DNA from: Scenedesmus sp. PABB004
Taxonomy: Eukaryota
Assembly: GCA_014905635.1 (NCBI GenBank)
Contig: JABVCE010000008.1
Location: 496,001-560,000 of the forward strand
Length of the DNA stretch: 64,000 nt
Direction of reading: 5' to 3'
How positions within the stretch are numbered: position 1 is the stretch's first letter; each line of letters opens with the position of its first letter. The notes beneath the pieces are model-generated. The model had not been told where the DNA came from, did not search any database, and saw only the letters and a list, made by a program, of their open reading frames with translations. This document shows, piece by piece, positions 1 to 10,975 of the stretch. Both the position numbers and the translations under genes were made by a program.

Positions 1-82
1 TCAACAAGCTGGCCGAGGCGATGCAGGTGCTGGGGCTCAAGCCGGACGTGCACCTGCAGCTGAGCGAGGGCCAGCGGCCGCC

Positions 83-160
<78 letters not shown>

Positions 161-1041
161 ACCGCCGGGCGCGCGGCGCTGGGCCATCGACGTGGGCGCC
201 TGCCCCGGCGGCTGGTCAACGTACCTCGCCAGCTGCGGCTTCCACGTCGCAGCGATCGACCCGGGTGCGGCGGGCAGCCGCGGCGGGGCCCGCCGACCGA
301 CACGCAGGGGCAGCCGCTGCGCCCGGCGCGCCGACGCCGACGCCGCCGCGCCGCGCCGCCCGCCGCGCCGCCGCCCGCAGCGCCGCTGCACCCCGACGTC
401 GCGGCGATGCCAGGCGTCACGCAGATCCTCGGCCGCGCGCAGGACGCGGGCCCGGCGCTGGACCAGCTGCTGGGGCCTGGCGAGCAGGTGCGCGCCGCCG
501 CCCGCCGCGCCGGCGCGCGCCGCCGCCGCGCCAGGCCGGCTGACCTGCCGCGCGCTGCGCCGCGCTGCGCCGCTGCCCCGGGCCAGGCGGAGCTTCTGGT
601 GTGTGACATGAATGAGAACCCCCGGCGCATCGGCGACGTCCTCGCGCCCCTCCTGCCCCGCCTGCTCCCGGGTGCGGCGATGCCAAAGCACGCGCTGGGG
701 AGGGCTGGCGGGCGGGCGCGCCCCGCGCGCCGCCGCGCGCCGCCACGCGGCCTGAACCCTGGGCCGGCGCGCAGGCGGGACGCTTGTGCTGACGGCCAAG
801 TTCTACGGGCGCGGGCGTGACAAGTCGGGCTTCAAAGACCACCTGGACGCGCTGCCCGCGTTTGCGGTGAGGCCGCGCCCGCGCGGCGGCGCAGCGTGCG
901 GGCGGGGCCGCATGCGGCCGACGCCGCCGCGCATGGCGCCCCGCCTGCGCGCAGGGCGTGTTTGAGCCGGGCCGGGCGCTGTGGCTGCTGGCCAATACGC
1001 TGTGCGAACGGACCTACGCTGCGCGGAAGCGCTTGGCGTGA
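1..1041 (+). CDS. FtsJ/RlmM-like SAM-dependent RNA methyltransferase (5' partial, 5 visible exons, internal polyQ)
   Basis: Spliced translation contains NKLAEA, AIDVGACPGGWS (SAM motif I), AIDP, LVCDMN, LVLTAKF and WLLANTLCERT. GT-AG introns start at about 265, 488, 672 and 867. TGA at 1039-1041. Confidence 0.8.
87..158 (+). repeat. (CAG)24 microsatellite encoding polyQ
   Basis: Perfect CAG run in frame within the methyltransferase exon. Confidence 0.95.
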
Positions 1042-1261
1042 CCGCGGCACGGTGCGGCGCGCCGCGGCGGCTCGAGCCCTGAAACCGCGTCACACGCTGC
1101 GCGCGACATGCGCCGCCGCCCCGCGTGCGCGCCAGCAGCGACCGGCACGAGCCCCGCGCGCGCGCCAGCAACACCGACGCCGCCGGCTGGCCCAGCAGCT
1201 GCCGCCCGGCTGCCGGCCCGCCAGCCCCCGCCTGCCAGCTGGCGCGCTCAGCGGGGGGCCC

Positions 1262-3291
1262 TCACAGGAAGTAGTCGGGCGCGGCGCGCTTGGACTGCGC
1301 GCCGCGCGCCTCCTGCGGCGCCGCCTCAAACACCTGCGCAGCGGGGCGACGGCGGCCGCGCGCTCAGGGAGGGGTGGGCTCGTGCCGCGAACGCGCGCAC
1401 GCGGAGCGCCCGCGCCAGCGCGCCGCGCCTTGAAGTTCTTGCTGAGGTGCTCGTCCAGCTCCAGGATGGCCGCGATGTTCCCGCACCTGCGCGCGCCGGC
1501 CAGCCCCGCGCGCGTGAGCGCCGACCGACAGCGAACGCGCGCTCGCACTACGCCGCCGGCATGCGCCCGCGCGGCGCCGCGCGCGCGCCGCGCTGCTCGC
1601 CTGTAGCAGTAGTTTGGCGCGCTCCACACGGTCACGAGCGCGTCGTGGAACATCCACTTGTAGCCGTCCATGACGAGCTGGTGCGCGCGGGCGATCATGG
1701 TGATCTTGTTCGCCGCCGCAAAGCTGCCCGCGACGTCGCCGCCAAACAGGTACCCCGCGCCGCGCGGCGAGAGGCCCCAGCCCTCGATGTCCTCCGGGTC
1801 GGACCAGAGCAGGTCGCACATCGCGCCGTCGTGCGGGACCTCCTGCTTGCGGTCGATCGTGCGGATCTGCGGCGCCGCGCGGGGTGCGGGGGAGCGAGGG
1901 AGCGGGCCTCGGCGGCGGGCCGAGCCGCGGCGGCGGGCGCGCACGCGGCGCCGTGGGGCGGTCGTTGCGTGCGCGGCGCGCGCCTGGTCGAGCGTGTTGA
2001 TGGTCGGCGAGAGGCCGCCGTGCACGCAGAAGATCTGGTTGTCAATCACAGCCGACAGACTGCCGGGTCGGGGCGGGGCGGGGCGGGGGCGTCGGACGCC
2101 CGCCCGCTCCCGTGCAGGGCCGCGCCGCGGCGCAGGGGCGCGCTGCGTGCAGTGCGCTGCGCGCGCCTGAGGTAGTCAAAGACGTCGGTGCAGTAGCGCC
2201 ACACGTTGACCGAGCCGTACTTGCGCAGGCACTCGTCGTAGAAGCCATAAACCTGCGCGCGCAGACGGCGGCGAGGCGGGGTCGGGACGGGCCGCGGGCG
2301 GCGGGCCGGGCGGCGCGCCGGGCGGCGCGCCGGGCGGCGCGCCGGGCGGCGCGCCGGGGCGGTGGCGCGCGCCCCCGCTGCCGCGGCGGGCGCGGCCGCG
2401 CCTGCGTGATCTGCCGGCTCTCGTGGTTGCCGCGTATCAAAGTGATGCGGTCCGGGTAGCGCACCTGCGCGCGAATGCAGGGCCGCGGCGGCGTCGGCCG
2501 CCGCGCGCCGCAGCACACCTCTGCGCCCCGCCGCTGTGCCCCCGCCGCGCCGCAGCTCGCTGCCGCCGCCGCCGCCGCGCCTTGAGCGCGAGCAGCAGCA
2601 GGAACGTCTCCACGCTGTAGAAGCCGCGGTCCACAAAGTCGCCCATGAACAGGTAGTTGGTCTGCGGGCAGTCGCCGCCGACCTGCGCGCAGCGGCAGCA
2701 CGCACGGCACGTGCGGCGCGGGCAGGCGGGCGGTGAGCGCGGCGGCGGTCGGGAGGGCGCGCGCGTGCGCGCGTCCTGCAAGCGCGTCCTGCAAGCGCGT
2801 CCTGCAAGCGCGTCCTGCAAAGCGCGGCGCGCCTGGAAGAGCTCCATGAGGTCATAAAACTGGCCGTGGATGTCGCCGCCTGCGCGCGGCGGGGCGCGGC
2901 GCACGGCGGCGCGCGCGAGCGCCGGGTCGGGCGCGGGCGCGGGCGGCGCGGCGCGCATGCGCGCGCGCGCGGCGCGCCTGCCGCGGCCGCTGCTCGCTGC
3001 CCGCGGCGCCCCCGCCGCTGCTCGCGCCGCCGCTGCTCGCGCCGCCGCTGCTCGCGACGCCGCTGCTCGCGCCGCCGCTCGCGCCGCCGCCGCCCCCTGC
3101 CCGTCCCCAGGGGTGAGGCGCTCCCCCGCCCACTCACACACGGTGACGGGCGCGTCGACGCGCTGCACGTTGCTCTCCTCGACCAGCACCTCGAGCGCCT
3201 TTTGGCACAGCGACTTGACCTCGTTCTCCTTGAGCGGCTCGCAGCGCTTGAGCTGCTCTATCCACCGGTCCAGCTCGCTCTGGCCCGCCAT
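1262..3291 (-). CDS. PPP4C: Serine/threonine protein phosphatase PP4 (PPX) catalytic subunit, 9 exons
   Basis: [20 protein letters not shown]...[10 protein letters not shown]...[14 protein letters not shown]...[25 protein letters not shown]...[21 protein letters not shown]...[11 protein letters not shown], with C-terminal PDYFL. Eight introns, seven with GC donors. Confidence 0.95.
2769..2820. repeat. 4 x 13-bp tandem repeat GCGCGTCCTGCAA in PP4 intron 2
   Basis: Four consecutive exact copies read directly. Confidence 0.9.
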
Positions 3292-3704
3292 GGCGCGCCG
3301 GCGGCAGCCGCGCGCCGCGCACGCAGCGGCGCGGCGCGGCGGCGCCGCTGATGTGCTGTCCCCCGGCGCAGCCGCGGGCCTGCGCCGCCCCGGCGCCGCG
3401 GGAGGGGCTGGCCCCCGGTCGATCGGCCGCGGGGGCACGCCCTGGAGGGCGCTGTTTGCACGGGCGCGCGGGCGGGGCGGGGGCTTCCGCTGTCTGCGCG
3501 GGCTGCGGCGCGAGAGCACGGACGGAGGGACTGGGGGAGCACGCAGGCGCGCGCCCTGGGCCCTGCAAGTGATGCTGTTCTGCCCCGGGGCCGAGGGCTC
3601 TGCTGCCGTCGAGCCCGCTGCCGCCGTCCTGCGCCCACGGCGCGCGCCGTGAGCGAGTCCACTCTCCCGGCGCGCCGCACCCGGCCCGCCACCCAGCCGC
3701 CGCC

Positions 3705-5114
3705 ATGCTGCAGGCGCGCCTGCCCCAGACCGCCGCGCGGGCGGGCGCCCGCCCCGCCGCGCCGGCGCTGCCCGGCGCCGGCGCGGCGGCCGCGCGCTGC
3801 GGCTGCTCCGTCGGCGCCGCCCGCCCCGCGGGCCGCCAGCAGGCGCGCGTGGTGTGCCAAGCAGGTGCGGCCGGCGCGGCGATGCGGGCCGGAATTCGGC
3901 GGCCGCGGCGCGCTGCGCGGGCGGCGGAGGCGCGCCGCGATGCCGGGCGGCCGGGCAGCGCGTCCCGGCATTGGCGGGGCGGCCAATGAGTGGCCGGCGC
4001 GCGCGCGCCGCCGCGGCGGCCGCTGCTGTGGCCGCCGGCGCCCGCCGCCGACGCGCCGCGCCGCCGCGCGCCCGCAGCTGCCGCGGTGGAGGAGGCCGCC
4101 CCCGCGGCGGCGCCGGCGCGGCCGTCGCTGCACAGCATGGCGCCGCCCGAGACGTACGCGATCGTGGAGGTCGGCGGCAAGCAGATGTTTGTCGAGCCGG
4201 GCAAGTGGTACACCTGCAACCGGCTCCAGGTGTGTGCGTGTGTGCGCGCAGCGTGGCGGCGCTGGAGCCAGAGGGCGCCGGAGGCGCACGCGGCGGGCGC
4301 CGGCGGCCTGCCAGCCGGCCTGGCGAGCGAGGAGCGACGGCAGGCGCTGCGGCCGGCGCCGCGCTCAGCCCGTGCGGGCAGCGCCGCCGGCAGAAATGGC
4401 AGCAGCGCTCGGCCCGTGCGGGCAGCGCCGCCGGCAGAAATGGCAGCAGCGCTCGGCTCGTGCGGGCAGCGCCGCCGGCAAAAATGGCAGCAGCGCTGCT
4501 GCCATTTCTGCCGTCGCCGCTGCCTGCACGAGCCGAGCGGCAGCAGGAGCAGCAGCAGCAGCCCGCAGCAGCAGCAGCAGCCGCAGGAGCAGCAGCAGCA
4601 GCAGGAACAGCAGCGGCCACGGGCGCGGCGCGCCGGCAGCAGCGGCCCCGGCGCAGCGCGCCGGGCCGCACGACGGCCACCCAGCTCGCCCGCGCCCCGC
4701 CGCCCCGCCCGCCCGCGCGCCAGGTCGCGGTCGGCGACAAGATCCGTCTGGGCCGCGTGCTGGCGCTGAAGCAGGGCGACAGCTTCACCGTGGGCAAGCC
4801 CTACCTCGAGGGCGTCACGGTCGAGGCGGAGGTGCTGGAGGAGCTGCGCGGCCCCAAGGTGCGCGGCGCGGCGCGGCGCGGCGCGTACCCTCGCCCGGAC
4901 GCCACGAACGCCGCGGCGCGCGCCCGCGCTCGGCGCGCCGCCGCGCTCGGCGCGCCGCCGGGCGGCTGCCCGCTGCTGCTGACCGCCGCCGCGGCGCGCG
5001 CCTGGCGCCGTGCAGATCATCGTGTACAAGATGAAGCCGAAGAAGCACTACCGCCGCAAGAACGGGCACAGGCAGGAGCTCACCAAGTTCATGGTGACAA
5101 AGGTCGCCGCCTGA
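3705..5114 (+). CDS. RPL21: Plastid 50S ribosomal protein bL21 with transit peptide, 4 exons
   Basis: Ala/Arg-rich N-terminus ending VVCQA, then [70 protein letters not shown] at 5112-5114. Confidence 0.95.
4363..4538. repeat. 44-bp unit: three direct copies plus one abutting inverted copy (intronic)
   Basis: Copies at 4363-4406, 4407-4450 and 4451-4494. 4495-4538 is the reverse complement of copy 3 at 40/44 positions. Confidence 0.9.
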
Positions 5115-5524
5115 TGCGGGCGGCGGCGCGCCGTCGGGGCGCCGGCGGGGCGGCGCGCGGCGCGGCTGCAGCGGCAGCCGCCGCGGGGCGGCGGGGTCGA
5201 CGGGCGGGCTGGAAAGGAGGGCCTGGGAGGGGCTGGGGGGCGTGCACGACGACGCAGCGGGCAACTGACTTGTGTTTGTCGAGGCGCCCTTGTCGCTCGA
5301 GCGGTCAGCGAGCCGCTACAGCCGCGGCGCCGCCCCGGCTCGCCCCACACGCGCGCCGCCCCAGCATACCGCGCGGAGAGACGCGCAGGGGTGGAGGAAC
5401 CGCGAGAGCCAGACCGCGGCGCGAGCGCAGCGCCAGGCGACAGCGGCCGCGCGAGCGCAGCGCGTGCCGACAGCGGCCGCCGCCGCTCTCGCCCCTCAGC
5501 CGCTCGCCGACGGGCGGCGAGAGC

Positions 5525-6452
5525 ATGGGCCGGGCCCGGGGGCCGGCAGCCGTGCTGCCGGCCAGCCCGGCCTACTCGTTCAGCCGCTCGCCGACGGGCG
5601 CCGCGTCTCCCCCGCCGCGCGGCGGCAGCCCAGGCCCCGGCGACAGCGGGAAGCTCGACGCCAGCTCCACGCACGAGAGCTCTCGCGGGACCGGCTTCGG
5701 CACCAGCGGACGCCTGGCACGCTACGGTGTGCGCGACGGGGGAAGGCGCGCTGCCGCAGCGCCCGGGCCCGCACCGAGCTCTCGCCGCTGGCGCCGCCGA
5801 CGGCCACACTCACGCGCAGGCAACGACAACCCCGGCCCGGGCGAGTACAACGCGGACAGCTCCATCACGCACCGCCGCGTCCTGGCGGCGAGCCTCACAG
5901 GCCGCGGCAGCCACGGTGCGGCGCCGGTCAAGCGGCCGGTCGCCGCGATCGCGGCGCGCCCTCGCGAGCCCTCGAGGCGAGGAGCGAGGTGCCCCTCGCG
6001 AGGGGCACCTCACCCGCCCGCTGCGCGCCGCAGACCCGCTGAAGCCGCAGAGCCCCGCGCCAGGGCAGTACAAGCAGGTCGCGGCGGAGCTCACGCACCC
6101 GGCCGCGCCGGCGGCGAGCGTGGGGCAGCGGCACGCGCCGCCGGCCAGCCACGCCCGCAGCCCGGCGGTGGGAGCCTATAGCCCAGAGAGCTTCAGCTCC
6201 AAGTCGCCACTCCCGGTCACGATCAAGCACCGCCGCGGCCTCGCCGCGAGCGACCGGCCCGACTCAGGCCACTCCGTGCCCGGGCCGGGCGCGTATCGGC
6301 CGCAGGACGTGACGCTCGCGCGGCGCACGGCGCCGGCGCACACGCTCGCGCAGCGCCTCGACAGCAGGGGCCTGGTCGTGCGGCCGCCCAGCCCCGGGCC
6401 GGGCGCGTACGACGTGCACGGCTCGACGCTCGGCGTTGCGGGCCAGCCCTGA
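5525..6452 (+). CDS. SHIPPO/ODF3-like (sperm-tail PG-rich repeat) protein, 3 exons
   Basis: Repeated motifs PGPGEY, PAPGQY, PAVGAY and PGPGAY (x2). Two GT-AG introns give one continuous frame. Confidence 0.7.
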
Positions 6453-6552
6453 GCTGGGGGTGCGCGCGGCGGAGGCGGCCGAGGCAGGGCTGGGGCAGGG
6501 CGGCGGGCGGCGCGCGGCGCGCGGCGGCTCGCGCACTCGAGCTCTCAGTCAG

Positions 6553-6557
6553 TTACA
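6553..6557 (-). promoter_or_regulatory. TGTAA polyadenylation signal (fasciclin gene 3' UTR)
   Basis: TTACA on the + strand about 350 bp downstream of the minus-strand stop at 6907. TGTAA is the chlorophyte poly(A) signal. Confidence 0.55.
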
Positions 6558-6906
6558 GCGCCAGGGCGTCTTGACAGCACGTCACTGGGGGGTTGGGTTC
6601 ATGCGACAGGCGCGCCGCCGGCTCGCGCACGCGCCGCTGCTCAGATCAGTCCGCCTCGTTCAGCCCGGCACGCGCGCGCGCGCGCGCCTGGGGGGCTCGT
6701 TTCACCAATCGATCACGCTCTCGCACCGGCGACATGTGCAAAGGAAGGGGTGAGGAGGGTGGCAACAGGTGCTGGGTGCGGCTGTCGCCGGCGCGCGCAG
6801 CGCCGCCGCCGCCGGCGGGCGACTGCGCAGCCCCGGCCCGGCGCCGCGCACGAAATGCCCGCGCGCGCCAGCAGGAATCCCACGCCCCCGGTCAGCCGCC
6901 CGCCAG

Positions 6907-8118
6907 CTAGCCGCGGCGCAGCAGGCGCAGCAGGCGGCGCCCGTCCGGGCCGCGCCGCTCGCCCGTCAGCAGCGCGAGCGGGCTCTTGTTGTGCATGCGA
7001 TCGCGCTTGCGCCGCTGCGGCGGCGGCTCCTCGTCGGCGGCGTCGATCAGGTCGAGGCGGGTGACCATGTTGGTCGTCGCGGTCGCGACCGCGCGCACCG
7101 CCGCGGCCGACGCGCCGCGCGCCTGGTTGGGCAGGTTGGCCGGCGGGACGATGAGGTCACTGATGTCGTGCACCGTGTGCTGCGCGGCGGCGCGCGGCGG
7201 CGGGCGCGGGCGCGGCGGCGCGCGCGTCAGCAGCCCGCGTAGCAACAGGCGGCGGCGGGGCGCCTGTTGGCCCGCACGCCCGGCCCGCAGCCCCGCGCAG
7301 CCACGCAGCCCCGCGCCGCCACGCAGCCCTGCGCAGCCACGCAGCCCCGCGCTGCCGCAGCGTGCGGCCGCACCACGGGCGTGGTGATGTCTGGCATCAC
7401 GATCGTGGCGTTCTCAACGGTCAGGTTGCTGGGGTAGGTCCCGCCCGCGTAGTTGATCCTGCGGGCGGCGGAGAGCGCAGGGCGGGCGCGCGCGCGGTCG
7501 GCGGCGGCTCGGCGCCCCGGCCGCGACCGCGCGCGCAGCGGGCGCGCCGGCGCAGTGCGTCGTCGCGCACGCGCGCACACGAGCGCGCGTCAGCCTCGGC
7601 GCGCGCGCGCGCGCACCACATCTTTGGGCGCTCCAGCAGGCCGCGCGTCTGGTAGTTCCAGAGCAGCCCATACTCCAGCTTGTACGCGCGCGAGAGAATG
7701 GTGAGGCACGGGTTCTTGCCCGGCTTGCCGTTGTACGGCGTGTACTGCGCCCGGCGGCGGCGCGCGGCGGGCGGCCAGCGGCGGTGTCGCGGCGGCGGTC
7801 GCGGCGCAGGCGCGGCGGCGCGCAGAGCGGCGGGCGCGGGCGCGGGCGCAGCGAGCAGCGGGCAGCGGGCAGCGAGCAGCAGCGGCAGGGGCGGGGGGCG
7901 CACCAGCAGGCGGTAGGCGCGCTTGAAGGCGCAGAAGTGGTAGGCCACGGTGTTGAGCAGCTGCGACACGGGCACCGAGTTGATGTCGATGCCGGCAAAC
8001 GCCTGCGCGGCAGCGGCCGGCGGCCAGCGGGCGTGGGCGGCCAGCGGGCGCAGCGCTGCGACGCCGCGGGCGCGGCGGCGCGCGCGGCGGCGGGCGCGGG
8101 CGCGGCGGCGCGCGCTGC

Positions 8119-8179
<61 letters not shown>

Positions 8180-9015
8180 CCACACGTCGTTGTTGGGCGC
8201 CGCGAGCGTGCCGGGGATCTCCTCGAGCGTCGGCAGGAGGCTGAAGTTGCCCTCGGTCTGGATGCGGTTCAGCGCGGCGCGCAGGTCGCTGAAGTCGTCG
8301 CCCGCGATCGCGGCCTCGAGGCTGGGGAAGATGTCGTTGGGCTGCAGCACCTGCGGCGGCGGTGGCGGTGGCGTTGGCGCGGCGGCCGCGGCGCGGGGCG
8401 GACGCACGCGCGCGCGCGAGGAACGGCGCGCGGGGCGGCGAGCAGCGCGCGCGCGCGCAGGCGGTGCCGGCGCTGGACGCCGCGCCGCGGCGCGCGTCTG
8501 GCCGGCCCGCGCGCCGCGGCGCGGCCGGGCGCACCCCGGTGAGCGTGTGAATGACGCCGCCGCCGTAGACGAACTTGTCGACCAAGTCCAGCGCGATCTG
8601 GTCGCCCTGCTCGTCGAGGGCGTAATAAATCGGGCGCGTGCAGTTGGCCCGGCAGCTGCCGCCGCGGTCGTGCCTCCCATAGAACGAGTGGTGGTGCCAG
8701 TGCGCCAGCCGCCGCCGGCCGTAGCCGTAGCGGTCGCCGTCGCGGCCGCCGTAGCGGTCGTCGTCGCCGCCGCCGCAGTCGCAGCTCCCGTGGCGGCAGC
8801 CGTCGCCGTAGCCGCAGCTGCTGCCGGGGGCGTTGGTGGCAAACGCGACCTTGTGGGGGAAGCCGTTGAGGTTCATGTGCACCGTCGACCAGTTGCCGTT
8901 GCCGCCGCCGCCGGTGAGGCGGCACGCGTAGACCCTGCGCGGCCAAGCGGCGCGCGGCGGCGCGCGTGAGCGGCGCGGCAGGGCGCGGCGGCGCGGCGCG
9001 GCGGCGGACGGCCGG

Positions 9016-9046
<31 letters not shown>

Positions 9047-10238
9047 GCTGCGCCGCTGCGCTCGCGTGGCCCCGGCGGCGCACCGCGCGAGCAGGGTGTG
9101 GTACTGCAGCAGGCGGATGAAAAAGTTTGTGTAAAACTCCTCGGCGCGCGTGTTGTTGGCGATGATGGGCACCTTCCAGCGCGCGAGGTACGCCGCAAAC
9201 GCCTGCGCAGGTGGCGCCGCGCGAGGTGGAGCGCCGCGCCCCCGCGTGCCGCGCGTCCGCGTGCCGCGCTGCCGCGTGCCGCGCCGCCGCGCGTGCCACG
9301 CGTGCCGCGCCGCGCGCGCGGTGTCATCGCGCGCGCACCGTGTCGTCGGGGAGCAGCAGCGTGCCGGTGAAGGGTCCCTTGAACACATCCTCGCCGATGA
9401 GCTTCATGATCTCAGTCGCAATGGTCATGTTTGGGTTGTTGCTCGTCCACTCCCAGATGGTCGGGAAGTAGGGCGCCGGGTTGGGCGCGGGGCGCGGGCA
9501 GCCGTAGTGCTTGCCGCAGCGCTGCAGCGCCGTCCACGGCTCTGCGGCGCGCGCGCGCGCACGCGGGCGGCGACGCGGTGGTGACGCACCGCCGCGCGGC
9601 TCCTCCTCTCTCGCGCCGGCGGCGGCGGCGGCCGCCGGCGCGCGCGCAGCCCCCGGAGAGGCACCGCGGGCGGCCCCGCGCTGCGGCCCGGCGCTGCGTG
9701 CGGCCGCGCACCGTAGCCCAGGCCCTGCACCACGTGCGCCGGCACGCCGTACTCGGCGCCCGCGCCCGACGGCACGTAGCTGCCGCTGTAGGAGGACGCC
9801 ACGCTGCGGGCGTCCATGCGCTGGGGGCCGCCAAAGTTGGCCACAAACGCGGCGAGGAGCGGCGCGTCGACGTCGGCGAGCTGCGCCAGGCGCGGCATCG
9901 CCTCCTCATCCCCGCCGGCGCGACATGCTGCGGGGGGCGGCAGAGCAGCGTGGGGCGCGGGCCGCGCCCGCCCCGACACGCTGTGCGGCCGGGCCGGCAC
10001 CCCGGGGCGCTGCTGCTGCTGCCGCCCCGCGCGGCCGCGGCGGGCTGCTGCCGGCATCGCTTCGGCCAGGCGTGACTATTGGCTGTGTCACTGAGCGGCG
10101 CCAGCGCGAACCGTGACCCCGGCGCGCCGCGCCAGGCCAGGCGCCGGGATGCATCGCGCGCCAGGCTGCATCGCCCGGGCTGCATCGCGCACCTATTCCC
10201 ACCGCCAGCAGTAGCAGCGCCACCAGTGCTCCCCGCAT
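6907..10238 (-). CDS. Secreted fasciclin (FAS1) domain protein, two FAS1 repeats, multi-exon
   Basis: Signal peptide MRGALVALLLLAVGI. FAS1 motifs TLLLPDDT|AF...LLQYH...GVIHTLTG|VLQP and TLAAPNND|AF...TVAYH...ATIVMPDI...VHDISDLIVP. TAG at 6907-6909. Confidence 0.75.
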
Positions 10239-10975
10239 TGCGCCCGGCACGGGCGCTCCAGGCGGCGCGCTGGTCGAGAGGCTCGCTCCCTGGCGCCTCC
10301 GCGATGCCTGCGAGCACGCGGTTGGGCTCACGCTGTATCACGCGGGGCACGGGACTGGGCCGGCCGGCGCGGCGCGGTCGCCTGGTCGCCCCAGCAGCGG
10401 CGGCGAAGTGACGCGCGTTTGTCATGCGCCGGCGCCTGCTCAGGGCCGCTGCTCCAGGGCGCCGGGGCTGCAGTGACGGTGGCGGCACGCAAGACGCGGG
10501 GCTGTGGACGGCCGACGCTCGGCGCGGCACTGCGCGGCGCGGCGCGCGACGCGTGCGGCGTGCCGCCGATTGCAGCGCGCGTCCTGCCCGGGGCCAACAC
10601 AGGGCCCCACCGCCCCCACGATACGTCAAATGAATGGAGCCCGCCAGCGCGCGCCCTAGTGCGCGCGGCGCCCCAAGCGAGAAGGCACGCGCGTCCCCGG
10701 GCGCCGCCGGCCGCCGATGAGGCGGCGGCGCGCGCCCGGTTCATTCCAGCTGGACCGCCAGGCCCCAGCTGCGCTCCATGTCGCAGGAGCTAATCCACTG
10801 CTGCCCTGCCCTGCCGCCGCCGCCCGCCGCCCCACCCGCCCGCCCGCGCAAACGCGGGCGACAAAAACGGGCGCGGGCCGGGGCCGCCGCCGGCCCCGCC
10901 CCGGCCGCTGTCGCATGGCCCGCTGCCGCCAATGGCCTGGCCGTCATGTGCGTCAGCTGCTGATGGTCTCGTGTG

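Noticed and set aside
4363..4494. 44-bp repeats as a CRISPR array
   Set aside because: The copies abut with no spacers, lie in a eukaryotic intron, and there are no cas genes.
2437..4797. 786-aa minus-strand ORF containing PP4 pieces
   Set aside because: Read-through of stop-free introns, intergenic DNA and antisense bL21. The real PP4 starts at 3291.
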